DNA of 46,678 nucleotides from positions 1-46,678 of the forward strand of contig CAZOBP010000004.1 in the NCBI GenBank assembly GCA_964577995.1. Reading direction: 5' to 3'. Position 1 is the first letter of the stretch. The number at the start of each line of letters is the position of its first letter. This document shows positions 28,609 through 37,896 of the stretch, piece by piece. The DNA comes from an uncultured Anaerolineales bacterium. Its GTDB lineage: Bacteria > Chloroflexota > Anaerolineae > UBA7937 > B3-Chlor. A program made the position numbers and the translations under genes. The notes under the pieces are model-generated. The model ran no database searches and was not told the DNA's origin. It was given only the letters and a program-made list of their open reading frames with translations.

Positions 28609-29664
28609 CTAGACTACCTCAATGCTGCCAGAACCCTCCACGACCTCTCCCACGATCCAGTACTGCTGTTCCTCGTTGGAGAATAGGTCGGCCAGCCTAT
28701 CCGCGTCATCTGGAGCCACGCTGATCAGCAAGCCACCGGATGTCTCGGAAGTGAAGAGCAGCATCTGCAACTCGTCGGATATGCCCTTGGCGAAACGGAC
28801 GTGTGCCTCGTAGGCGTCCTTGTTGCACGACGCGCGCCCGGGAAACAACCAATCGTTGGCGTACTCAGTGGCCCCTTCGAGGAACGGCAGTTCGTCGAAG
28901 GGGAAGCGCATGCCAACCTCACTCAACTCAGCCACCTCGTAGGCGTGGCCCAGCAGCGCGAAGCCGGTGATGTCGGTCACGGCGTGGACATCGACCTGCT
29001 TCATCAGTTGTGCTGGCCTGCGACTGAGTGTCAGCATCTGCTCCACCGCGCCCCTCAGGTGCGCCTCTTGAGCGACTCCTCCCTTGGCCGCCGTAGTGAT
29101 GATACCCACACCGAGGGGTTTGGTCAGGAATAGCACGTCACCCGGCTGCGCTCCGACCTTGGTGGTGACCTCCTCTGGATGCACGAATCCCACCACCGCC
29201 AGACCGTACTTCGGCTCTTCGTCCTCCAGAGTATGTCCCCCGGCGATGACGCCACCCGCCTCTGCGACCTTCTCGGCCCCTCCCCTGAGGATCTCAGCCA
29301 CTATCTCCGTGGGCATGTCCTGCGGGAAGCCGCACACATTCAAGGCCAGCGCCACCTCTCCGCCCATGGCGTATACATCGCTCATGGCGTTGGCCGCAGC
29401 AACCGCCCCGAACTCGTAGGGATCGTCCACCACAGGGGTGAAGAAATCGGTGGTGAAGATGAGAGCCAGTTCCTCACTCAACCTGTAGATAGCCGCGTCG
29501 TCGCCCGTCTCTAATCCGACCAACAGATCCGGATAGTCCTCCGGGCGGAATATCTCTGCTAGAGGGCGCACGACCTGCGCCAGGGCCTCAGGGCCCATCT
29601 TGGACGCTCAACCAGCCGCCTTGGTCAGGCTCGTCAAGCGACTCCAGTTACGTTCAGCACTCAT
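28609..29664 (-). CDS. selD: Selenide, water dikinase (selenophosphate synthetase), selenocysteine-containing
   Basis: The track ORF starts at the internal MGPE. The real ATG is 29664 (GGAGGAAAGG RBS): MSAERNWSRLTSLTKAAG-UGA-ASKMGP. UGA (29608-29610) sits at the catalytic Cys/Sec position. Motifs DDAA, TTDFFTP, ANAMSDVYAMGG, GGHT, LTKPLG, DITGFALLGH, ETSGGLL. Confidence 0.95.
29565..29596 (-). promoter_or_regulatory. SECIS element of selD
   Basis: GGGCC-CTGA-GGCCC (loop 16 nt after UGA), then GGCGCA-GGTCG-TGCGCC (loop 32 nt after UGA). The GCA-GGUC apical motif resembles the E. coli fdhF SECIS. Confidence 0.75.
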
Positions 29665-29697
29665 GCCTTTCCTCCGACGTCGTGGACCGAATCAAGG

Positions 29698-29892
29698 CTA
29701 TTCTTCTCTTGCGGCGCGATTGATGTCCTCCAGGAACGTCTCCAGGTCCAAGGAGTACTTGGCCGCGACCTCCTCGATCGTCTGGAAGAGAGCGTTACAG
29801 CAGATACACTCTCCAGCCTGTGTCTCGTAGGCCTCGAATACCGCCAGAGTGGCGGGATGCTTCTCCACCACGCTCAAGACTTCTTCACCCAT
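29698..29892 (-). CDS. Small DUF1858/ScdA_N-like protein
   Basis: VVEKHPATLAVF...CICC...TIEEVAAKYSLDLETFLEDIN pattern. Confidence 0.75.
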   Translation of the reverse strand: MGEEVLSVVEKHPATLAVFEAYETQAGECICCNALFQTIEEVAAKYSLDLETFLEDINRAAREE

Positions 29893-30235
29893 GCCTATCA
29901 CCGACCAATCCCACCTGACGCAGCCAACTCACTGTCCTCTCTAGACCTGTACGTAAGGGCGTCCATTCCAGCCCCAGTTCAACCCGGGCTCCGCTCGTCT
30001 CGAAGATGAAGGTATGCGACGCCGTCCTGGCCTCGTCCACGGAGACCAAGGGTCGTCTACGCGAGACACGGGACACCTTTTCCAGAAACCGAGCCGACGC
30101 CCTCACCAGCAGCCCCGGGAGCGTGCGAGGCCTCTTGGACAGCCCAGCAGCCTCTGCCCCCAGACTGAGTAACTCCACAAGCGAACCATTCTCGCCGACG
30201 ATGTAACCCGCCCCGCCGGTCACTAAGACGGTCAT
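29885..30235 (-). pseudogene. NAD-dependent epimerase/dehydratase with large in-frame internal deletion
   Basis: Rossmann start MTVLVTGGAGYI is joined directly to C-terminal sequence (VGENGSLVELL...ARVELGLEWTPLRTGLERTVSW). The catalytic YxxxK region is absent; only 116 aa. Confidence 0.8.
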
Positions 30236-31170
30236 GGCACCAGCGTGTAAGCACCATTCGCGGCAGTCAGGCCGTGCTTCAGAGCGGTGGCTATCTGAGG
30301 CAATTGATACGGATCCCCACCCAGACGGTTGTCGGCCGGGTACGACTGGACCACCTTCAGCGCCTCCACGTCTATGGCCACCATGTCGCCGGAGGCCAAG
30401 AGGATCCCAGGCTCCACCAGTTCCCCCTTCTCTGGCCCTCCGCTGACGAAGGCCTTGCGGCCGTCCATGACGATCAGGTCCGGCTGCCAGACCAGGTTGA
30501 TCTCCGCCGCCTTCTCCTCCAGATTGCCCATGTGCAGCGCGCGTCGTTCACCTGGGTGCACGAAGCCCACCGACAGCTTCAGGGACATAGTGAATCGGGC
30601 GTATCTGTGTGTCTTCAGACAGGGCAGGTACACCCGTTTGTCGGCCTCGTAGGCCGCTCTGGGCACGGTGACTGCCTTCAGGTACTCTCCCTCGATAGGA
30701 ACCTCCACCCACTCCGTCTCTCGCGCATCGAACCACACGAACTGTATGCCCATCTCATCCAGTAGGTCTGGAACACCCAACTTGGCGACGGTACTACTCG
30801 TCGGTCTCCAGATGCCGCCTGCGCTCTCGCCGACCACGATCGTCGCCCCGGCATCTTGCATCAGCTCCAGGACGGCGCGCAGGAAGCCCAGGTCAGTGGA
30901 GCCAGGAAACGGGTCCGGGCTATTGAAGTTGGGCTTGAGCAGCACCTTGTCTCCTGAGGAGATGGCTCTGTCCAACCCACCCAGCAGTTCCAGGCATTCT
31001 GCTAGGTCCAGCTTGACGTCTTCCGAGGACTGCACTTTGCTGACCAAGGGCTGGCCGTCCTTCAGCCACGCCGCCTTCCGGAACGCTTTGGGAGGTCTAG
31101 CCTGCAGATCGCCAGGTCTCCTGTCGGAGATAAGGTGATAAACGCCTCGCACCGCATCTATGATGGCCAT
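30232..31170 (-). CDS. DUF362 domain protein
   Basis: GDKVLLKPNFN, VVGESAGG, PCLKTH, TMSLKLSVG, LIVMDG, LASGDMVAID. Confidence 0.85.
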   Translation of the reverse strand: MAIIDAVRGVYHLISDRRPGDLQARPPKAFRKAAWLKDGQPLVSKVQSSEDVKLDLAECLELLGGLDRAISSGDKVLLKPNFNSPDPFPGSTDLGFLRAVLELMQDAGATIVVGESAGGIWRPTSSTVAKLGVPDLLDEMGIQFVWFDARETEWVEVPIEGEYLKAVTVPRAAYEADKRVYLPCLKTHRYARFTMSLKLSVGFVHPGERRALHMGNLEEKAAEINLVWQPDLIVMDGRKAFVSGGPEKGELVEPGILLASGDMVAIDVEALKVVQSYPADNRLGGDPYQLPQIATALKHGLTAANGAYTLVP

Positions 31171-31401
31171 AGTTGGTAGCTCCCTGAGATCAGAATCTCG
31201 GCACTGCAGAAGCGATGAGCATCCTAGTCACCCCGAGCAATCTCAGTCAATTGATCTGTCCCTTCCATTGTCAGAGTCCTTGGCATCGTTTCAATCGTGG
31301 CCACCATCGGTATCGATGGACACAGCCGACAGATCCACTTTGGGCCGACAGCTCGACTAACGCCTCCCCAGGACAGGCCAGGGCAGAAAGGTGATCGGTC
31401 A

Positions 31402-32277
31402 TCAGTGGTCAGTGGTTCGCTGGAGAGCCCCCAGGATGCAGGGTTGACCCTCCCGTACTACAAGCACCGGCCGGTCCAGGGCCTCCATCACTCCTGCGGC
31501 GACATCGGGCACATAGTATCGGCGCAGGGTATTGGAGCTGTGCTTCGAGCCCATCACCACCAGGTCGAAATCCCCCTCGTGCGCTTCGGCGAGGATCTCG
31601 CGCACCACCGTGCCGCGTCGCACATGCAAAGTCGGTTCAACCCCCTGGGTTCGCGCTTGCTCCAGCAAAGAGCGTAGATGTCGAGCTTGGGGAGTGTCCG
31701 TTGTCAACAAGTTCTTCCAATGGACCTCCATTTGATCGGCGGTAGGATAGTTGTAACCCACGGGCTCCACTACGTACAGAAAGGTTAGCCCGGCGCCAGT
31801 ACGCTGTGCCACATCCAGCGCGCAGTACTCCGCACTCTCCGCGTGTTCGAGTGCACCGGTGGCAACCAGAATGCGCGCCAACTGGCGATGCGCTGTTGGC
31901 GCATAGATGAAGGGTGCGCGCAAATCCGCCATCATCCGCCGAAGCGAATGGCCTCGGAGCCAGCGCTTCCACCACGGGCGCCCCAGCGGCCCCATAACCA
32001 CCAAATGCTGGTCTGGTACGGCCAATGCGGCAACTACCTTGCGCGCCCGGCCTGCGCGAAGCTGTACGGTGTACTCAATCCCCGCCGCCTCCAACTGAGC
32101 CCGAGTTGCGCTCAATGCCTGCTCCACAACCGCACCCTGAGCTGGCTTCTCCACAACGCCCAACAGCGTCACCGGTAGCTGCAACAGCCCGGCCAGCCAC
32201 ACGCCGTAGTCCAGTGCGTGCAGACCTTTCGCCGCGCCATTCGTCCAGATCAATAGACTGTGCTCCTGAGCGTTCAT
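31402..32277 (-). CDS. Tandem universal stress protein
   Basis: Two USP domains; ILVATG, DLVVMGSKH, ALDRPVLVVR. Confidence 0.88.
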   Translation of the reverse strand: MNAQEHSLLIWTNGAAKGLHALDYGVWLAGLLQLPVTLLGVVEKPAQGAVVEQALSATRAQLEAAGIEYTVQLRAGRARKVVAALAVPDQHLVVMGPLGRPWWKRWLRGHSLRRMMADLRAPFIYAPTAHRQLARILVATGALEHAESAEYCALDVAQRTGAGLTFLYVVEPVGYNYPTADQMEVHWKNLLTTDTPQARHLRSLLEQARTQGVEPTLHVRRGTVVREILAEAHEGDFDLVVMGSKHSSNTLRRYYVPDVAAGVMEALDRPVLVVREGQPCILGALQRTTDH

Positions 32278-32798
32278 CGCAACAACACCAGACCAGCCAG
32301 GCCAGCCACCACCAGCACAACGGGCGAGGGAACTTTGAGTAGGTAGGCGATCAGGCTCGCGGCGGCGATTCCTATGCTGACTCTCATCTGCCCACCGCCT
32401 TCACCCCTAAACACCCGCCAGGCCACCAACACCATCAGGACGGCGACCGCGGGCGCCAGACCCTTGACAAAGTTCCCCACCCAAGCCTCGCCGCGTAGAC
32501 GGTTCAAGACAGACACAATCCCCAGCATCAAGACGGTGGGTGGCAGAATGGATCCGAACAGCGCCGCCACCGCGCCCGGCACGCCCCCAGCGGCATAGCC
32601 TACAAACATTGCCAGTTGGAGGGCATCACTGCCGGGCAAGACACTGGAGAACCCCACCGCTTCCACAAACTCGCTCTCGGAGAGCAGGGTGCCGACTGCT
32701 TCGTCGTACAACAACCCCACCGAAGCCGGCCCAGACGTAGTGAGCAAGTTGATCTTGATGAAAGTCAAGAACAGACTCAGCAGCTCGGAGAAGCTCAT
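32274..32798 (-). CDS. chrA: Short-chain chromate ion transporter (CHR) subunit
   Basis: TFIKINLLTTSG, EFVEAVGFSSVLPGS, FVGY...GVPGA, LPPTVL, GLAPAVAVL. Confidence 0.82.
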   Translation of the reverse strand: MSFSELLSLFLTFIKINLLTTSGPASVGLLYDEAVGTLLSESEFVEAVGFSSVLPGSDALQLAMFVGYAAGGVPGAVAALFGSILPPTVLMLGIVSVLNRLRGEAWVGNFVKGLAPAVAVLMVLVAWRVFRGEGGGQMRVSIGIAAASLIAYLLKVPSPVVLVVAGLAGLVLLR

Positions 32799-32927
32799 TG
32801 TACATCTCCCTTATAGGTAGCAATCTGTGCGCAAGAATCGTCCCTGACTGATGCCTGCCCAAGAGGCACAAATGGTAACCGAACATGCACTCTCTTACCG
32901 ATCGGCAGACAACACGGCAACCGCCAA

Positions 32928-32956
32928 AGGCTAAGACAGAACCTCAAATCTGTCAA
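32928..32956 (-). promoter_or_regulatory. sigma70 promoter of chrA-USP with overlapping inverted-repeat operator candidate
   Basis: TTGACA-17 nt-TAGCCT; GACAGA-N8-TCTGTC inverted repeat at 32935-32954. Confidence 0.55.
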
Positions 32957-33403
32957 ATACAGACGGGTCCGCGCGGGATCAGGAGCGAGCTCTCCAGCGC
33001 CGACATCGGAAAACGGGAATCCGGGCAGGGCTCCAACATGCATCGCGAGACCTGACATTTGTGCGCGCCTGGATGACAAGTCACCTGTGACGACCGCCTC
33101 CACCAGTAGCCGGCTCAAGGATCTGGCTAGCACCTCGCGGTCTTTCCCCTTGAGCTTGACATCGCAGCCGAAATCGTTCACGTCGTCAAAGGGATAGTAC
33201 TTGCGTTCCCTTGAATAGCAGAGCTGCCTTACGAGCAAACTTGCCCGACATTGATCAGTAGCCAGTGCTTGCTCTTGTCCCACCCACAGTTTAGACTTCC
33301 TGTGCCCAGGGGACTGGTGGCGATCTCCCGGCACCGGCCGCAGTAGGTTCGACGCTTTCATCAGCGCATCAGTAAGGGCAGGTAGTCTAGAATCGTGTAG
33401 GGG

Positions 33404-33784
33404 TCATGACTCGTCGGGGCGCAAGGGGCTCTCCTTGTCCCAGATGGCGTTCAAAGTGCGGGCCAGCCGACCGCCGATCAGTCCAGTGGTCCCAAATGCC
33501 AGAGGAAACCAGATGGGAACACCGAGCAGACTGGGGTTCGCGTACTCCCACACCCCAAACTGCACGAACACAGCTTCGGCCAACGAGCCTAGTACCGCGA
33601 TGACCAAGAAGAAGCAGATGTCTAGACGAGTGTGCCAGCGAGTCAGCGCAACGCCGCACTCCACAGCCATGAGGACGAAGAGAAGGAGATTGTGCGTCCA
33701 CAGCAGCGCGACGCAGGCCACCAATACCACAAAGGCCGCCATCTCTATGGCTAGCTCGATCCACAGCGATCGCCGTTGCCCCAT
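33404..33784 (-). CDS. Small polytopic membrane protein (DUF2878-like)
   Basis: ATG 33784 with AGGAG RBS; four hydrophobic segments; AEAVFVQFGVWEY...GVPIWFP motif. Confidence 0.65.
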   Translation of the reverse strand: MGQRRSLWIELAIEMAAFVVLVACVALLWTHNLLLFVLMAVECGVALTRWHTRLDICFFLVIAVLGSLAEAVFVQFGVWEYANPSLLGVPIWFPLAFGTTGLIGGRLARTLNAIWDKESPLRPDES

Positions 33785-33926
33785 GACTACCGACTCCTCA
33801 TACACTCCTTTCTCAGGTATCGACCGAACGCCAACGATTCTAGCAGAGGGCATAGCTCCGAGCAATTGGGCAGCGGACCCTGGGCACGCTACAGACGGTA
33901 CGCCCTGTTGATGGAGCAGCCGAGTC

Positions 33927-34838
33927 ATGGCCAGTAGACTGCGTGCGTGGATCGCCCTCTCGCGCCCACCGTTCCACTCGGTGGGTGTGCTGCCCTTTAT
34001 CCTCGGGTCGGTCCTGGCCTGGCGGCTGACAGGCACCCTCCGCTGGGATATCTTGGCCTGGGGCACGGTGGGAGTGGTGCTGGTCATGCTCGCCACGTAC
34101 TATGCAGGAGAGTACTGGGACCACCGTGAGGACTCCCTCTCGACCGCTCTGGGCCCCAGTCGCTTCGCCGGTGGCTCCCGCGTCTTGCAGGCGGGCCTTC
34201 TGCCTCACGATTCGGCCCTGCGGGCCTCGGTGGTGGCCCTCCTGCTGGCCCTCGTTGTCGCCGTCATCCTCCAACTGGGCTACGGCACGGGACCGCTGAC
34301 CCTTCCCTTCTGTTCCCTGGGGCTGCTTGGCGGGTTCTTCTATTCGACTCGCCCCATCCGGTGGGCGGCCACGGGCGTGGGCGAGCTGTGGATCGGCTTC
34401 TGCTATGGCTGGCTGCCCGTAGCGGTTGGCTGCTATCTTCAGGTGGGACATATCGCTTCTCTCGTCCATTGGCTGGCTATCCCCGTCGGTCTGACCATCG
34501 TCAACGTCATCCTGCTCAATGAGTATCCGGACTACCCCGCCGACTCGGCGACTGGCAAGACCAACCTCGTGGTCCGCTTGGGCCCGCGCAGGGCCTCCCT
34601 GCTCTACGCCATCGTGAGTGTTGGGAGTTGGCTGGCTATGCTTGTGTCCGTGTTTCGCGGTGTGCCTGTACAGGCTTTCTGGTTCTACCTTCCCGTGCTA
34701 GCCCTGTCGCTGGTCCTGGTCGTACTCATGCTGCGAGAACGCTGGCGAGATAGAGAGACCCTGGAGAAGCTGTGTGGGGCTAACCTCCTGGTCAACCTGG
34801 GCACCACGGCAGCATACATCCTGGCTCTCTTGAGTTGA
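33927..34838 (+). CDS. UbiA-family prenyltransferase, MenA-like
   Basis: SRPPF start, Asp-rich EYWDH..D, FFYS..P, GELWIG, NEYPDYPADSATGKTNLVVRLG; multiple TM helices. Confidence 0.85.
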   Translation: MASRLRAWIALSRPPFHSVGVLPFILGSVLAWRLTGTLRWDILAWGTVGVVLVMLATYYAGEYWDHREDSLSTALGPSRFAGGSRVLQAGLLPHDSALRASVVALLLALVVAVILQLGYGTGPLTLPFCSLGLLGGFFYSTRPIRWAATGVGELWIGFCYGWLPVAVGCYLQVGHIASLVHWLAIPVGLTIVNVILLNEYPDYPADSATGKTNLVVRLGPRRASLLYAIVSVGSWLAMLVSVFRGVPVQAFWFYLPVLALSLVLVVLMLRERWRDRETLEKLCGANLLVNLGTTAAYILALLS

Positions 34839-36109
34839 TGTCTATGGAACACTGGATGCCCGAGTGGGGCGAACGACCTCAGCGCAAGGTGCGGCGTTAC
34901 TGGTCCCCCCCCACCCTCATCCTTCGGCAAATCGTGAGCGCCATCTACATCGGAGCGCTGGCTCGTTGGAGAGAGCTGCCGAGATGGATCCGCACCTATG
35001 GCCTCAAGTGCCTCCCCGGCGCCGCGGGATCCCTGGGCATGGGTTGCATCGGCTTCCCTGCCCACCCCGTCTGGGAGATGACCACAGCCTGCAATCTCCA
35101 CTGCATCCACTGCCATGCCTCCGGGGGCAAGCGCGCCCCCGATGAACTCACCACCGAGGAGGCCAAGCGTCTTATCGATCAACTGTCTCAGGTCAGCGAA
35201 TTCCGCATGATGGCCTATACCGGCGGCGAGCCGCTGGTTCGTCCCGACCTGTTCGAGCTCCTGGCCTACTCTCAGGCGTTGGGCTTCACCAACACCATGG
35301 CTACCAACGCTACCCTCATCGACGACGAGGTGGCCGAGCGCCTGCGGGACTACGGCCTGGTCATCGCCGCGGTGAGCCTCGATGGCTTCGACGCCGAGAC
35401 CCACGACTACGTCCGGGGCCAGCCCGGAACCTTCGAAGCCACCCTCAAGGGCATCCGGGCCCTGAGGCGGGCCGGCATTCTGCTCCATATCAACATCACG
35501 GCCATGGAATACAACCTGGATCAACTGGAACCCCTGATGGGTCTCGTGGACGAGCTGGGCACCGGCATCGTGCTGATGTATCAACTGGTGCCTGTGGGAA
35601 GAGGCCGCGCCATCGAAGAAGCGGCGTTGGACCTGGACGCCAACGAGCGCCTCATCCGCTTCATGGCCGAAGCCCAGCGCACAACCCACGCCATCATGGA
35701 GCCGGTGGCAGGCCCACAGTACTGGCCTTTCCTGCTCCAGCGGTCCGGTATTCACAGCGGCCCCCTCCTCCGTCTGGGCGAGACCGTCTTTCACGGCTGC
35801 TCCGCTGGCCGAGGGTTCGTCTACGTCAAACCCAACGGCGACGTCTGGCCGTGTCCCTTCATCGAGACCAACTGCGGCAACGTGCGTGAGACGCCGTTCT
35901 CGACCATCTGGAGCAACTCGCCCATCCTCCAGGACCTGAGAAGGAGGGAGGAGCTCCTCCAGGGACGCTGCGGCGAGTGCGAGTACAGACGTCTATGTGG
36001 AGGCTGCCGGGGACGCGCCTGGGCCACCAGCGGTGACTACCTGGCCGAGGACCCATCCTGCTTCATCCACACCCCAAGAATCGACGGTAGCTCCGACGCC
36101 CAGCCATAA
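34838..36109 (+). CDS. Radical SAM/SPASM domain protein (NirJ/AhbC/AhbD-like)
   Basis: CNLHCIHC, TGGEPL, SLDG; SPASM GCSAGRG...GDVWPCPF...CGECEYRRLCGGCRGRA. ATG overlaps the menA-like stop (TGATG). Confidence 0.9.
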   Translation: MSMEHWMPEWGERPQRKVRRYWSPPTLILRQIVSAIYIGALARWRELPRWIRTYGLKCLPGAAGSLGMGCIGFPAHPVWEMTTACNLHCIHCHASGGKRAPDELTTEEAKRLIDQLSQVSEFRMMAYTGGEPLVRPDLFELLAYSQALGFTNTMATNATLIDDEVAERLRDYGLVIAAVSLDGFDAETHDYVRGQPGTFEATLKGIRALRRAGILLHINITAMEYNLDQLEPLMGLVDELGTGIVLMYQLVPVGRGRAIEEAALDLDANERLIRFMAEAQRTTHAIMEPVAGPQYWPFLLQRSGIHSGPLLRLGETVFHGCSAGRGFVYVKPNGDVWPCPFIETNCGNVRETPFSTIWSNSPILQDLRRREELLQGRCGECEYRRLCGGCRGRAWATSGDYLAEDPSCFIHTPRIDGSSDAQP

Positions 36110-36223
36110 GCCTCCAGTCCCTCCCCAGACTGCACTCAGAATGATGCCTCTCGACCGAGGCCCGGACGACCAGGCTGGGCGAGCGACAAGGACACCCGCC
36201 CAGCCCTGCCGCAGTCCCCATGC

Positions 36224-36442
36224 CTACTTCTTGATCATCACGCGGAACTCGTCACCCACCTCCTGGATCTCGACGGTGCATTCCATGTTCTCCACCGCTC
36301 GCCTGACGTTGTCGCGAGAAGTAACCGTGTCCACCAGTACCTCCACGCTGCCACCGCTCTCCAGCTTCTTGACAGCGTCTCGACTCATAATCACCGGCTG
36401 TGGGCACGATAGCCCACGTGCATCAACCAGTTGATCGCTCAT
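36224..36442 (-). CDS. TusA/SirA-family sulfur(selenium) carrier
   Basis: VDARGLSCPQPVI motif; 72 aa. Confidence 0.9.
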   Translation of the reverse strand: MSDQLVDARGLSCPQPVIMSRDAVKKLESGGSVEVLVDTVTSRDNVRRAVENMECTVEIQEVGDEFRVMIKK

Positions 36443-36467
36443 AACAGACTCCCTCCCAGAGAAGCAG

Positions 36468-37544
36468 TCAGTCCATCCGTTGTCTCATGGTCAGACCGAA
36501 GAGGACGCACACGGCGAGCCCCACGATCACAGCGGCGGGACCCCAAGGGCCTGGGCCAGTCGTCGAGCTAGCCAGTCCGAAGTTGTGGGCAAAGCCCGCT
36601 CCCACGATCATGCCGATCACGAATATGGCAGCATCTCCATCGCCCTCGCCGGACATGAAGATCTGCCGGCCGGGGCAGCCGCCGGCCAGGGCAAAGGCCA
36701 GACCCGCCAGCACCATCCCCCCGAAGTTCCACAGATGGTTAGTGTGAGCCACAGGCTGTCCCTCGAAACCGAGGTTGAACTGCCCCAGCAGCAGGTTAGT
36801 CACCAGAGCTGCCCCCGCGAAGGACAGGATGCCCCAGAACAGGTGCGGGTCGCGAATGAGCATCAGGTCTCTAAAAGCGCCCATGGTGCAGAAACGAGTG
36901 CGTTGGGCCAGGAAGCCGATGCCCATGCCCACGGCCAGGGAGATCACCCACGGAGCGTACATCACGCCCGGCCCTTCCGCACTGAAGAAGATCGGCCCGC
37001 CCTCTGTGAAGCTGAACTCCAGGACGCGCAGTACTAGTAGTAAGATCATGATCACCGGCAGGATCCATCCCACAGCCGTGTAGGTCCTGTAGCTGCGCCC
37101 CAGGCTGTAGCCCATACGCATGAACACCACACCTATGCCGATGCCTGCGGCCAGGCCCAAGAGGCCAAGCGCGGCGTTCAGGTCACCGGCAGCCAGACGC
37201 AGCAACGCCCTCCAGGGACAGCCCAGGAACACCAGCGCCCCGATCATGGCGAAGAAACCCAGCACGAAGCGCACGATAGGAGCGGATCCCACCCTGGGCT
37301 TGAACTCCTTGAAAGCGTAGGCTGCGATGAGGGCCCCGAAGACGAAACCCATAATCTCGGGCCTCAGGTACTGCACCACCGCGGCTCGGTGAAGGCCCAA
37401 TGCTCCAGCGATGTCCCGCTCGAAGCAGGCCACGCAGATACCCATGTTGCCCGGGTTGCCCCATTTCTGGAGCAGCGGGGCGAATACGCCCACGAACAGC
37501 CCGGCACTCACTATCCCCCAAGGGGAAGACCAAAACCTCTTCAT
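36468..37544 (-). CDS. yedE: YedE-family putative selenium transporter membrane protein
   Basis: GNPGNMGICVACFERDIAG, FLGCPWR, QRTRFCTMG, LAGGCPGRQ; selenium-metabolism neighbourhood. Confidence 0.9.
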   Translation of the reverse strand: MKRFWSSPWGIVSAGLFVGVFAPLLQKWGNPGNMGICVACFERDIAGALGLHRAAVVQYLRPEIMGFVFGALIAAYAFKEFKPRVGSAPIVRFVLGFFAMIGALVFLGCPWRALLRLAAGDLNAALGLLGLAAGIGIGVVFMRMGYSLGRSYRTYTAVGWILPVIMILLLVLRVLEFSFTEGGPIFFSAEGPGVMYAPWVISLAVGMGIGFLAQRTRFCTMGAFRDLMLIRDPHLFWGILSFAGAALVTNLLLGQFNLGFEGQPVAHTNHLWNFGGMVLAGLAFALAGGCPGRQIFMSGEGDGDAAIFVIGMIVGAGFAHNFGLASSTTGPGPWGPAAVIVGLAVCVLFGLTMRQRMD

Positions 37545-37658
37545 CCTTTCTCCCTTTCCACTTCATCATGATCGGGTAGGTTCAGCAGAAAACGCACATT
37601 GTGTCAGTACTTCCCTTGCATGATCGTGGCCTCCCTTCCTCGAGGAATCTCTCCACAT

Positions 37659-37701
37659 ACAAAATCCTCACCACCCAGCCGCCAGATCAGATGGTGAGGA
37701 C
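37659..37701 (-). terminator. Intrinsic terminator candidate (attenuator) upstream of yedE
   Basis: GTCCTCACCA...TGGTGAGGAT stem (9 Watson-Crick bp plus G-U pairs), then TTTTGTAT. Confidence 0.65.
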
Positions 37702-37733
37702 TCCTCGAGGATACGAGGTAATCCAGGGACACA

Positions 37734-37886
37734 CTAGTAGTGGTCCTCCACCATCCACCGCGGCTGGGGAACGTAGACCCGGACCGATGTGAGTCTTAAG
37801 ACCTTAAGACGCCGCACGGCGTCCGGTCAAGTACCTCAACCGGTTCGCTGCCACAGATACCGCGAAACAGCACGAATGTCCATCAT
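37734..37886 (-). CDS. Putative leader peptide B with tandem in-frame UGA (Sec) codons: MMDIRAVSRYLWQRTG-U-GT-U-PDAVRRLKVLRLTSVRVYVPQPRWMVEDHY
   Basis: GAGGTG SD 6 nt before ATG, right after the DUF3343 stop; UGA at 37836-38 and 37827-29; SECIS-like hairpins downstream; TAG at 37734-36. Confidence 0.6.
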
Positions 37887-37896
37887 CCGATACACC

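Noticed and set aside
32795-33361. 188-aa minus-strand ORF upstream of chrA
   Set aside because: No recognisable motifs, and its 3' half runs through the chrA promoter. A degraded gene fragment in 33050-33250 cannot be excluded.
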